Positions 49,283 to 58,793 of a stretch of DNA of 64,000 nucleotides are shown one piece after another. The stretch comes from a virus. The DNA lies in IMG/VR virus record IMGVR_UViG_3300032073_000022, positions 4,883 through 68,882 of that record. One strand, written 5' to 3'. A program made the translations under genes and the position numbers. The notes beneath the pieces were generated by a model. It was not told the DNA's origin, made no database searches, and saw only the letters and a list, made by a program, of their open reading frames with translations. Within the stretch, counting starts at the first letter, position 1; every line of letters begins with the position of its first letter.

Positions 49283-50950
49283 TTAATTTCCAAACTCGTC
49301 ATGAAAGACAATGCTGAAGCCACGTTTGTCATTAGCTTTGTTGATTCTACTAGCAAAATTCTGAATAACCTTAACTCCTGAGTCAACCGTTGCGTATGAA
49401 ACGCTGTAGTCGTTTCCAGAAGGGTTTCCTGCTACAAGATGGGTTCCAGAATCTGCTATAAAGCTTACATTGGACTTGTCTGTAAGGGAATAATTATGTT
49501 CCAAGTGAGACTCAGATCCCACAGTCATCCTAGTGCCTGAAGGAGTAGTGTGCTGCCCCAGTTTCACAGACTCCATGAAAATCCCGTAGCAACCACTTTG
49601 TTTAACTAGTGCGACACTTTCGTCAAACAAAACCCTATCTGTCTGTAGGTGGCATCCACTAGCTATTTCCATACTTATATTGGAAACCCAGCGTGTTCTT
49701 GAGAATTTAGAGTCATACTCTAGGCAGGTTAGCGTTGGATCGGAATTTCTAAATATAAATTCATAATCATGTTGATAATCATAACCGCTTGCGTGGAGAA
49801 CAAGACCCCCTCCATCGACAAGCTCGTCACTCATGTATCCACAAACATTGTCATTATGGAAGCCTGCGTTTTCACCTCCAGCAGACTCGCAAACACCACT
49901 AGTCGCTAAGTGTAAAGTTTTGCAATCGTACAAACACTCATTAATTGTATTGTATTGAAGGTCGTTTATTATGGCGTTACCAGCTACTAGTAAGTCATTA
50001 AAATAACCATCCCATAATAGTTTATCGGGGTGAGATCCGGGGCCAGTTCCATCTCCAGACCAGCCTATTGAGTAGATAGCATTTTCTTTGGGAACAATGC
50101 TTCCATCAATGGTCATTAAGGCCTGTTTAGGTCCAGCACCAAGAACGCCAGACATCTCGCTTGTTCCAACCCCAATAAAGGTTTTATTGTGCTTACCGCC
50201 AGAAAAATAGATAGACTCGTTTACAGAGTTCCAAGGCGTGTGCGAATTTCCAACATTGAACAATCCGCTGTGAGATGGTGTTATATCACCGGAAACTTGG
50301 AGAGTGGCATGACTGTGCAACTGTTGTATACCAACAGCTAACCTTCTGCTTTGTAGGTCTCCATAAAGAAGAGGTATTGCACCAGAGGTATCAGTATAAT
50401 CATTACAGTCATAACCACTATCAATTGGGTCTATACCTAAGAAAAACTTAAAGTCATGATCTTTAGGGATGTGACTACCAGCACCATGACCTATAGCTAT
50501 GTTGAAGGAGCCAGTTCTTAGACTTTGTAGAGAAAGTGAACCAATGGAAGTATTTCCAGATCCAACAGTTATTCCAGCAGAACTATTAAAACCCGCCGCA
50601 GTATTGTAAGTACCGTTTAGATTACACCCAAGAGAGTGTGAGCCTAATGCAGTATTTTGAGACCCTTGAAAGTTAGCCCCAAGTGCATAGTAACCAAATG
50701 CAGAGTTATCCACACTGGTTCTATCTGCGTACTTAAGTTTTGATAGGGCTTTATCACCAGCTAATACACTCCTAGTTTGAGGAGTAGCAAAATTGGTGCT
50801 TACTATATTGTGTTCAGAAGTTAATAAATGCACAGAATCCGCTAGGTCTCTAAGAGAGATTCTTAGATCTAGCGGAGAAATTAATTGCTGTGAATTATCT
50901 TTTAATAGAGAGTTAATCTTCTCTATATACTCAGATTTTGATAGTATCAT
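49283..50950 (-). CDS. Fibre/spike protein with beta-helix repeats (555 aa)
   Basis: NSAFGYYAL / NTALGSHSL / NIAIGHGAG repeats; N-terminal domain shared with 30812..31855. Confidence 0.7.
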   Translation of the reverse strand: MILSKSEYIEKINSLLKDNSQQLISPLDLRISLRDLADSVHLLTSEHNIVSTNFATPQTRSVLAGDKALSKLKYADRTSVDNSAFGYYALGANFQGSQNTALGSHSLGCNLNGTYNTAAGFNSSAGITVGSGNTSIGSLSLQSLRTGSFNIAIGHGAGSHIPKDHDFKFFLGIDPIDSGYDCNDYTDTSGAIPLLYGDLQSRRLAVGIQQLHSHATLQVSGDITPSHSGLFNVGNSHTPWNSVNESIYFSGGKHNKTFIGVGTSEMSGVLGAGPKQALMTIDGSIVPKENAIYSIGWSGDGTGPGSHPDKLLWDGYFNDLLVAGNAIINDLQYNTINECLYDCKTLHLATSGVCESAGGENAGFHNDNVCGYMSDELVDGGGLVLHASGYDYQHDYEFIFRNSDPTLTCLEYDSKFSRTRWVSNISMEIASGCHLQTDRVLFDESVALVKQSGCYGIFMESVKLGQHTTPSGTRMTVGSESHLEHNYSLTDKSNVSFIADSGTHLVAGNPSGNDYSVSYATVDSGVKVIQNFASRINKANDKRGFSIVFHDEFGN

Positions 50951-50964
50951 AACTGGCCTGTAAA

Positions 50965-51462
50965 CTAATTAAAGCGTATTTGTAACGTGGAAGTATCAAA
51001 TTTTACAGTATCACCCAGATAAATAATTCTTGGATTATCTAGCTGTGCGTACATTAAAAGATTTCCAGTCCCATACTCTCCTGAGTCTACTACGGCTACA
51101 CCTGAAACCCAACCCCAATCAACTAGGGCTGCACTACCTTCACCCTCATCAAAGTTGAATGAACCTGCATTTTTTATTAATCCACTTCCAGCGTTGTGAT
51201 CGTCTAGGTTGTAATCCCAGATTTTATTGCCTTTAGAGGAGGGGTCTCCAAGGTTTATTCTGGCATACCCTGTTCTTGTTTGCGTTGTCCCGTCAGTCGG
51301 GGAAGTTCCAGAGGGTAACTCTGGAATTGTGACACCAGTATCTGATTCTGATGGCACTCCGGAACATAGTGCTATTGCTATGTTTTCTGGCTTTGAAAAA
51401 CTTTGACCCCTAAAAAGGTGGTGCAATAGTCCGGATTCTAAGTAATCTGATAAAGAAGCCAT
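50965..51462 (-). CDS. Conserved small virion structural protein
   Basis: SDYLE..LLHHLFRG...IAL...GYAR...WG.V...D...GNLL pattern, which I recognise from phage structural modules. Confidence 0.65.
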   Translation of the reverse strand: MASLSDYLESGLLHHLFRGQSFSKPENIAIALCSGVPSESDTGVTIPELPSGTSPTDGTTQTRTGYARINLGDPSSKGNKIWDYNLDDHNAGSGLIKNAGSFNFDEGEGSAALVDWGWVSGVAVVDSGEYGTGNLLMYAQLDNPRIIYLGDTVKFDTSTLQIRFN

Positions 51463-51497
51463 TTATAAAACCTCCTAAAAGTCCTGTTTAGACTGTG

Positions 51498-51518
51498 ATT
51501 ATACATCTTATTATACAC
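51498..51518 (-). promoter_or_regulatory. Putative late promoter, tandem GTGTATAAT + ATGTATAAT
   Basis: Directly after the capsid-gene terminator U-tract, upstream of the fibre block. Confidence 0.65.
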
Positions 51519-51519
51519 G

Positions 51520-51560
51520 AAAAAAGAGCCATCCCCAATAATATGAGAATGACTCTTTCT
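51520..51560 (-). terminator. Intrinsic terminator after the major capsid gene
   Basis: GAGUCAUUCUCA/UGGGGAUGGCUC 12-bp stem (3 G-U pairs) followed by a U-run. Confidence 0.75.
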
Positions 51561-51582
51561 GATTGGAAAACTAGGAAGGGGA

Positions 51583-52590
51583 TTAGAATGAACCTAAGAT
51601 AACCCTTCTGTTGTCCAGAACTGCGAAGCCAAGTTCAGCAAATCCGTAGTATCCAGCACGCTGCTGTCTATGCAGTGCAGGATCTTCAAATACCTGAACC
51701 TGTTGCTTCATTGGCATGATGAAGCTGTCGTTGGCACCTTGATCTAGGCCAACAACCAACTCAGCGTCGGCTGACTGAACAGCACCGCCAAGACCATCTG
51801 TGAAGAAGGACTGGTATTCCTGACCTTCTCCAAGTTCATCAAGATCATGCAGATTGACCCCAAAGATTCGAGTAATTGGAGCACCGCCTTCAGCAGCAGT
51901 GTAAATTTCTCGACGGGTAACTTCGTCAATCTGATCCAGACCCCAGTTGCGAACGTCTTCCAGAGCTTCTGGAGAAACATAGAGGTCCGTCAAGCGACCG
52001 CGATTAGCGGAGCCTGTGTTACCGCCAGCATTACGACGCATAGTCGTTTGCATGAGAGAGACAAGTCTCTTGCTGAACATACCAGCGGTTGCATCACCGT
52101 CGTAAACCAAGATGTTTCTGTCAACGCCAGCGGCCAACAATGTGTGCCATCCGTCGTCATTCATCTTCTTGGTAAAGCCAGCTTCAAGAGCTTGCATCGC
52201 ACGACCAACGATATCCCAACGTGCTTCACGAGCATAACGGAGCAAGTAATCAATGCTCGATGTAATGCTGTATGTTGGAATCGTTACGTAGTCGCTTTCG
52301 ACTGCTCGTTCTGGAACACGACCGTGACCGGGATTGGTATAAGCAACATGCTCACCTTCAAGCCCCGGAGAAATCAAGTCGAGGGGATACTCAGTGGAAG
52401 CTCCCGGCTCAACGTTGATAGTTTCAAAAATATCACCAAGGATATTTCCGACAAGAACACCCTTACGCAAAGGAAGTTCTAATGCTTTAGCGAATTCTCG
52501 CTGTGCGGCGTAAGCAACATTTTGGTCGCCATCGCCCGATTTTTTCAGAAGTGCGATGAATTCATCGCTAGGTCTTTCTGTATATGACAT
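51583..52590 (-). CDS. Major capsid protein (HK97-fold expected)
   Basis: 335 aa after protease/scaffold and decoration genes. E-loop-like HVAYTNPGHGRVP, backbone helix DIVGRAMQALEAGFTKKMND, C-terminal YGFAELGFAVLDNRRV. Strong RBS (AAAGGAGA) and terminator. Confidence 0.85.
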   Translation of the reverse strand: MSYTERPSDEFIALLKKSGDGDQNVAYAAQREFAKALELPLRKGVLVGNILGDIFETINVEPGASTEYPLDLISPGLEGEHVAYTNPGHGRVPERAVESDYVTIPTYSITSSIDYLLRYAREARWDIVGRAMQALEAGFTKKMNDDGWHTLLAAGVDRNILVYDGDATAGMFSKRLVSLMQTTMRRNAGGNTGSANRGRLTDLYVSPEALEDVRNWGLDQIDEVTRREIYTAAEGGAPITRIFGVNLHDLDELGEGQEYQSFFTDGLGGAVQSADAELVVGLDQGANDSFIMPMKQQVQVFEDPALHRQQRAGYYGFAELGFAVLDNRRVILGSF

Positions 52591-52617
52591 TATTAAAGTC
52601 TCCTTTAGTTAGGTTGA

Positions 52618-53130
52618 TCAGTCGGCTTTAGAGGCACCGGCGTTTGGAAGGTTGACGTAAACTTTTGCGTATCCGTCTGCATCCTTACGGGACATGAATC
52701 GTCCAATCGCAAGTTCTCCAGACTGAGCTACAAATTGTGTACCATTACAAATAGCACCTGCCGTTGCGTGGGACGCGTAAGCCGTGTCTCCAGCTTTTGG
52801 AGTACCGTCAATATTGCTTGTTACAACCCAACCACGAGTCATTACAGTGACTTTGCCACCCTTCTGAACTTCGTCTTTGAATTGATTAAGGTGAGTTCTA
52901 GTCAAGTCTTTGTTGACAACGTCGTTCAACAAAATTCCAACTGGAACATCGGTTGCCGAATCCACGTTAGCGTACTTGACAAGGTTTTCACCCTGATCAA
53001 GAGCTGCACCAGAAGCACCGGCGAGAGCTGCTGCGTCTAAAACGACAACACCACCCCTAGTTGCAGTACCAGCATTATAGAAAAAGCTGATATCTGTTGA
53101 TTCTTCATATCTATCTGCTTTGAGAGCCAT
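52618..53130 (-). CDS. Capsid decoration/cement protein
   Basis: PVGILLNDV...KVTVMTRGWVVT...PKAGDTAY...AIGRF beta-tulip-like pattern; located between scaffold and capsid. Confidence 0.7.
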   Translation of the reverse strand: MALKADRYEESTDISFFYNAGTATRGGVVVLDAAALAGASGAALDQGENLVKYANVDSATDVPVGILLNDVVNKDLTRTHLNQFKDEVQKGGKVTVMTRGWVVTSNIDGTPKAGDTAYASHATAGAICNGTQFVAQSGELAIGRFMSRKDADGYAKVYVNLPNAGASKAD

Positions 53131-53148
53131 AGTTAAATCTCCTATAAA

Positions 53149-54651
53149 TTATTTGTTTGAAAGGACATGGGTTTCGAGCCAATCGGCAACACTAGCACGG
53201 GTTGCTTCGATAGGATCATGCTCATCAGCTTCGACTAAAGCTGCCTCCGAAGTTTCTACTTCTTCAAAAGCCTCTGGAGTAATTTCTGCTTCAGTTTCTT
53301 CTACTTCAGCTTCTTCTACTTCAGCTTCTGACTCTTCCGCTTTTGGCTTTTTCATCATAGCTTCTTCGTCTTTTTCTTCCTTTTTGCCTTTCTTTTTCAT
53401 AAGAGCGACAACGGATTCAAAAGCTTCATCAGCAAGAGCGTCAAAGCTTGCAAGAGATTCTTCTACATCTTCTTCACTGATACCAGCTTCTACAAGTGCA
53501 GCCTTTCTCTTTTCCATTTTTTCTTTCTTCTTCATCTCTTCCATGTCCTTCATGGCTTCTGCCAATTCGGTTTGAGAAGTTTGAAGAGCATCTTCAAGTT
53601 CGGCAATCTTAGCTTGAGTGGACTTAACGGTTTCGTTAAGCTCATCAATGGTTGCTTGACTTTGTTCTGCATCTTTCTCAAAAGCTTCGATAGTAGAAGC
53701 AAACTCTTTGTCTTTTGCTTCTTCAATCTTTGCTTTGATAGCTTCATTTTCAGTCTTAGCCTCTGTAAGCTGAGTCTGAACTTCTGCCAACTGCTTTTCT
53801 AAAAGCGTACTATCTGACATATTAAGTTCTCCTATTGAAAGTTGAGGATCAGATTCTTTTAAATTAAATTTTACACTGGCGGAACTTTTTTGGTCTCTCT
53901 TAAGTATAATACTTCTTGAGTTGGCTGGTTTGGAAACCAAGCCTTTTCCAGAGAAGGATATGTTAGCTAAAGCTCGACCAATCTTATAGCCTTCGTATTC
54001 GCCAGTTCCACCATATGCTCTAAGATGTTTAGTTAGAAAAGAAGATTCCTCATCTCTAGCTAGTATCTTAGCTTCTCCTTTGTCATTTATAACCGCATAA
54101 TTAAATCCGGCAAACAAACATTCCATAGATACATACCACTTATCATCTTCTATCTCGGAGATGATCTTCTGCATACGTTCTCTGTTTTCTTCGTCAGTCC
54201 AACTGTTATATAGGACTGCCTGAGTCACAATGTCAAACTCGTCTGGTCTGGCAACGTCGTCATCTGCAACAGCCTTCCCATCCTTTGTTAAAACATAACT
54301 ACCAGTTATATGGCCAATTATGTCATTTTCATCATGCATGAAATTGAACTGTTTATCTTCTGGGGTGCTTCTAGCGGCCCAAGTAGCCTCTGATAGAAAC
54401 ACATCGTCGTTCTTATTCCAACCAGTAGAAACCAATACAGATTCGAGATAGTACAGGTCAATCTGATTTTTATTCTCTGCAACAACTTTGTCTAAAACGT
54501 CGTCACTACAGTTTCTAGAAATAACTTCTTTTGCCGCCTCAACTGAGTTTTTATGGACGGTTGCGGGCGAACAATAAGCAACGCTAGCTTGACTTTTTAC
54601 AAGCTCGCCAACGCCGTCAGAGATTTCTTTTGGATATATTTTTATTGACAT
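53149..54651 (-). CDS. Prohead protease fused to a coiled-coil scaffold
   Basis: N-domain with WNKNDDVF, FNFMHD (candidate His) and YVSMECLF (candidate Ser); long Glu/Lys coiled-coil C-terminus. Position between portal and capsid. Confidence 0.75.
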   Translation of the reverse strand: MSIKIYPKEISDGVGELVKSQASVAYCSPATVHKNSVEAAKEVISRNCSDDVLDKVVAENKNQIDLYYLESVLVSTGWNKNDDVFLSEATWAARSTPEDKQFNFMHDENDIIGHITGSYVLTKDGKAVADDDVARPDEFDIVTQAVLYNSWTDEENRERMQKIISEIEDDKWYVSMECLFAGFNYAVINDKGEAKILARDEESSFLTKHLRAYGGTGEYEGYKIGRALANISFSGKGLVSKPANSRSIILKRDQKSSASVKFNLKESDPQLSIGELNMSDSTLLEKQLAEVQTQLTEAKTENEAIKAKIEEAKDKEFASTIEAFEKDAEQSQATIDELNETVKSTQAKIAELEDALQTSQTELAEAMKDMEEMKKKEKMEKRKAALVEAGISEEDVEESLASFDALADEAFESVVALMKKKGKKEEKDEEAMMKKPKAEESEAEVEEAEVEETEAEITPEAFEEVETSEAALVEADEHDPIEATRASVADWLETHVLSNK

Positions 54652-54667
54652 ATTTTTACCTCAGAGG

Positions 54668-54683
54668 ATTATACACAAAAAAA
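54668..54683 (-). promoter_or_regulatory. Putative late promoter TTTTTTTGTGTATAAT
   Basis: Intergenic, upstream of the protease/scaffold-capsid genes. Confidence 0.65.
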
Positions 54684-54704
54684 TAAAATTTATAAAAAAA
54701 CGTG

Positions 54705-56738
54705 TTAAAAACCGCCCGAAAAATACTCGACGAGTATGGCAACCACCTTTTTCTTGTAGGTATTTATTGGCATATCGGAAACAGAAATACCATCATTGAT
54801 TAATCTTTCCTTTATTTCCGAGGGGGTTGTATTACTTGATGATACACATTTAAAGATAGATTTTTCATCTACATCTTCCATTATGTCTAGATTGGCTACA
54901 ACTTGGACCTTTAGTTTCTCTAGGTCGCAGATCTCTGATTTTGTTAGTTGTCTGAGGTTTTTCTTGTTATGAGAGCCTAGATAGGCTTTGTTTACCGTTT
55001 CTGAAACAAAGTCAAATGTGTCGCTAGCCCACACGAATAAGTTCGCGAGTCCGGGTTTGGATTTTGGTGTATCAACTCTTCGTTTTCTTGGCCCCTCATC
55101 CTTTTTAAAGGGAGGTCTACCATTATCCTTTATTTCTGGTTTTTCTTTTTTCTGTGGAAGCTTTGCTTGATCCTGCTTTTCGCTGATATCTGCTTGCTTA
55201 TCCATTTTTTCTAGGTCTTGCTTGTGGTTTGCGTTATGGAATGGGCTTGCTTTGTCAGGCATTTTATCTCTATTTCTTTCTTTACCTTCTCTTTGAAGCC
55301 TCATTTTTTCAACGCTTGGTATTTCTTTGAATCTTTCAAGAACGGTTTCATGGCTTATTATGTCTCTATCTGCTAATTGTATTAACAGGTTCTTTTCTGC
55401 TGATTCATCAGAAAGGCTCATTTGGTCAAAAGTTATATGTGCTGGTTTTCTAAAGCCCATTGATTTGCGAACAAATTCTACCTCAGCCTCCCAGAACTTT
55501 CTTAGTTGGTCTCTTCCGTATTGAAGTCGTTCAACCAGAGTTTTTAATGATATAAAGTTATTGGTAAATCCACCGCCGTTGCTAGCCATACCGGTAAGGG
55601 TTGGGGGTACGCCTAGTCCAGCGTATATACTATTTAATACAGACTGGTATTTTTCAGAGCCTAAGAATTTATACACTTGGCTGTTTGACTCTGTGTAGCT
55701 AAGTTCTGGACCCCAAACAAGCTCCATAGTACCTCCCCCAACATTGCTAGCGAGAATATTTCTTAGCTTATTTATAGCAGATCTATTTGGAAGAATTTTG
55801 TGGTCTAGATTACCAAGAGTCCAAAGCCTAATATTAGAAATAGCCCCATCTAAAGCAGAAAGATCCGCTAGCCTCATTTTTTCCAGCATTATGATATCGT
55901 CTAATATAGCATATGTCAGAGGGTGTGCCCACTGCTGCCAGTCATCTTTCTTATAGAAAAATGTACTTAACCTTTCTTCATCTAGATCTATCTTTTTCTT
56001 GCCGTCCTTTATTGCTTGCCTAACATTTGGAGGCATTGTCTCTAGCATTCTCTTTGGCACACCGCCGTCTTTAAAATTATCAAAGAAAGTATTAGCTGTG
56101 AGTTCATAGTTTTTTACGCCTAGAAACAAACTTATGGCACCATTCTTCATTTCTAAGTTTAGTGGATTTATAAAATTATATCTCCAAGGAACCGTGTTTT
56201 TAGATATATCTGGAACTTCTAGCTTTATATCATTTGCTAATGATTTGATATAAGTGTTTATTTCAGGGGTTATATTTGCATAACTCTTGTATACAAATAC
56301 TTGTCCGGTTCTGTATAAATTGTTTAGGAATCTTTCAGATCTCTCTTTTCCATTACACTTTTTAAACCATTGTTGGTAGAATTTTTCAACGCTTTTGTTT
56401 TCATGTACAATATTTATACCTTGACACCCAAAATCACCCATCAGGTCTATAACATTTCTTACTATACCAACCTTATCGTACGCGTCCATGCACATCTTAA
56501 TTATTCGCTTGGCACGTTTTGGTGTTTGCTCTTCAGGTCTAAATGCATAGTAGTCTCTATTGCTAAATCCCGGCCTTACGGACCTATTTGGTTCTACATC
56601 AAGATAATCTCTGTGGTAAGCTTTAGAGACACCCTCGTACGCATCGAGGCATTCTGAGTGCTGCTCAAAAGCTTTAGCTCTACCAGCTAGATCTGAGTCG
56701 TTCCAAGTTATTAGGTGATCTGAATTTTCTTTAGTCAT
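54705..56738 (-). CDS. Portal protein
   Basis: 677 aa directly after the terminase; GIVRNVIDLMGDF, IYAGLGVPPTL, LIQLADRDIISHET portal-like segments. Confidence 0.85.
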   Translation of the reverse strand: MTKENSDHLITWNDSDLAGRAKAFEQHSECLDAYEGVSKAYHRDYLDVEPNRSVRPGFSNRDYYAFRPEEQTPKRAKRIIKMCMDAYDKVGIVRNVIDLMGDFGCQGINIVHENKSVEKFYQQWFKKCNGKERSERFLNNLYRTGQVFVYKSYANITPEINTYIKSLANDIKLEVPDISKNTVPWRYNFINPLNLEMKNGAISLFLGVKNYELTANTFFDNFKDGGVPKRMLETMPPNVRQAIKDGKKKIDLDEERLSTFFYKKDDWQQWAHPLTYAILDDIIMLEKMRLADLSALDGAISNIRLWTLGNLDHKILPNRSAINKLRNILASNVGGGTMELVWGPELSYTESNSQVYKFLGSEKYQSVLNSIYAGLGVPPTLTGMASNGGGFTNNFISLKTLVERLQYGRDQLRKFWEAEVEFVRKSMGFRKPAHITFDQMSLSDESAEKNLLIQLADRDIISHETVLERFKEIPSVEKMRLQREGKERNRDKMPDKASPFHNANHKQDLEKMDKQADISEKQDQAKLPQKKEKPEIKDNGRPPFKKDEGPRKRRVDTPKSKPGLANLFVWASDTFDFVSETVNKAYLGSHNKKNLRQLTKSEICDLEKLKVQVVANLDIMEDVDEKSIFKCVSSSNTTPSEIKERLINDGISVSDMPINTYKKKVVAILVEYFSGGF

Positions 56739-56784
56739 TTGGATTCCTATTCAATTAATTGAAATGCATTGTGAATGTCAATAC

Positions 56785-56793
56785 ATTATACAC
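56785..56793 (-). promoter_or_regulatory. Putative late promoter GTGTATAAT
   Basis: Intergenic, upstream of the portal gene. Confidence 0.65.
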
Positions 56794-56807
56794 AATATCT
56801 CTCTATT

Positions 56808-58793
56808 TTAGTAAATATCCTTCATGGAGTCTGTAAACCAATTTGGTCCGGAATACATATCTCCATTTTTCTCAGTTTTTTCCATTGTAGCGAAGCCTCC
56901 ATAGAAGTTGTATATCGTGGCTTCTGGAAGTCTTGCTAGAGTTCTAGCGGCCATGTTAGCCATGATCAAGGAGGAGTAACGGTCTTTTCTTTGTTTACCC
57001 TTCTTCCCTGTTCCAATTACGGTTTCCGGCGTATCCCATTTATCCCTGCCTGTAGCGGTCTGGGTTATTTGTATCATGGTGAGTTCGTCCTTTAGATCTT
57101 CTATTTCTAGAACACATTGTTCAAGCGTGTCAAACACTCTGCCTTTTAATCCGTCTTCTGCATTAGAAAGCCCTAATGTTATTGCGTCAAATCTAGGAAA
57201 TAAAATAGCTTTATCTTCGAGGTCTTTTCTCAAGCCATGATTAGCTTCTGATAGCCAGTCATATTTAGCGAACTGGCACATTTCTAAAATATGGAGACCT
57301 CTATTATCATCCGTGTCCTTTGCTTTGTCTGGATCTATGGTTGGCCATATTGCAACTTCTCCGTCTTGTAGTTTGTCTGAGTCGTGTAGCGACTCCATGA
57401 CAGCGATTCCACCGCCTTGTGCATCCATAGCTATATGTACACATGGGTACAATCTCATAAGGTCTCTGATTTTTCTTGCACAATAAGCATAAAAATCTGA
57501 CTCGCTAGAAAAACCGGTCTTGACTTTCTTCTTGTGTTGCTCTCTATTTGTAGTCCAGCAATGAACTATACGTCTATGGTCCTCGTTTATTTCTAAAACC
57601 ACAATACTAAAATTATCAACCTCAGATGCTGGGTCAACGCCAAATATATACCTTTTATTTGTATCCCCTCTCAGACTAGCTTCAAATACTATATCTTCAC
57701 CTTTGTTATTTTTTATTATTGTTGAGTCATTAGATCCGTCGTTAGCAACGCAGGACTCAATGAGGGTACGCTTGAAGAACCCCTGAGAATCGCGTGTAAA
57801 GCACGCTCCGAACTCCATTTGATATATTCCGGCGTGGACGGTTGCCTTCGATCTGGCGACCTGTGAGGCGTCCATAAAGCCTTCTGGCAAAAGCTCGTAG
57901 GGAACTCTGATGATTGAGTAATCTTTCCAGTTAAAGTCTTTTGGTGGATCTTCTCCAAATATCTCCCTAAGTCTATTCTCTTTACCCTGACTTTTGATTA
58001 TAGTCTTCCATTTTTTCCAGTATTCAGCAAAATGATTGAAGTCATAATAAGCGGTTCCGGACAATATGATTTGGTTATTTTTTTTCTCTAGTACTGCGTC
58101 GGTCTCTTCATCCATTTCTATGCCAAGCTCTTTTGCCTTTTTCTTGGCTGCTATCTTTTTAACATTTTCTATAGGATCAGAGCTAACAGCAGCAAAGCCA
58201 GCGACAACTGTTTCAAAGATATCCCTAGGAATGGAAGCGAACTCATCGCTAATAATATCATTAGCTCTCTGACCTCTAATCTTTTGTCCGTCACCCAAAG
58301 GGAGGCAAGTGACCCTAGAGCCATTGATACGCATAACACAACGGTCAACATCTCGTCTTGGTCCACTGTTTGCATCGCACATACTCCTTAGAACCGGTGA
58401 ATTATTCCAGATTGTTTCCATATACTCAAAGAGGACTTTTGACTGACGAAAAGCGGCACCAACAACAACAACCTTTCTTTCAGGAAGAAGTAGTGCTCTT
58501 ATCATAGAGTACAAGGATAGGATAAATGACTTACCAAAACCACGGCTAGCTATAAGCATTGGAAAACGTCTATTCCACATCTCGCATAAGAACAACGCTT
58601 GAGATGGGAGTATGTTTATATTGAAAACCTGTTTACAAAGAAAGGAGAAGTATTCTGGTCTTGTCATAAGCCAGAGCATCTTGTAATGATAATCGTCGTC
58701 GTTAAAGTTTACAAAATTGAATGGGTTAAATAGTTTAGATGTATCAGTATCTAAATTTAGCCAAGCTTCATCTATTTTTTTAAGGTCACTCAT
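56808..58793 (-). CDS. terL: Terminase large subunit
   Basis: Q motif (ILPSQ), Walker A ASRGFGKS, IRGQRA, Walker B IISDE, motif III LSGTA, RNase H-like nuclease FGVDPA...MDAQGGG...KDRYSSL. Confidence 0.95.
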   Translation of the reverse strand: MSDLKKIDEAWLNLDTDTSKLFNPFNFVNFNDDDYHYKMLWLMTRPEYFSFLCKQVFNINILPSQALFLCEMWNRRFPMLIASRGFGKSFILSLYSMIRALLLPERKVVVVGAAFRQSKVLFEYMETIWNNSPVLRSMCDANSGPRRDVDRCVMRINGSRVTCLPLGDGQKIRGQRANDIISDEFASIPRDIFETVVAGFAAVSSDPIENVKKIAAKKKAKELGIEMDEETDAVLEKKNNQIILSGTAYYDFNHFAEYWKKWKTIIKSQGKENRLREIFGEDPPKDFNWKDYSIIRVPYELLPEGFMDASQVARSKATVHAGIYQMEFGACFTRDSQGFFKRTLIESCVANDGSNDSTIIKNNKGEDIVFEASLRGDTNKRYIFGVDPASEVDNFSIVVLEINEDHRRIVHCWTTNREQHKKKVKTGFSSESDFYAYCARKIRDLMRLYPCVHIAMDAQGGGIAVMESLHDSDKLQDGEVAIWPTIDPDKAKDTDDNRGLHILEMCQFAKYDWLSEANHGLRKDLEDKAILFPRFDAITLGLSNAEDGLKGRVFDTLEQCVLEIEDLKDELTMIQITQTATGRDKWDTPETVIGTGKKGKQRKDRYSSLIMANMAARTLARLPEATIYNFYGGFATMEKTEKNGDMYSGPNWFTDSMKDIY

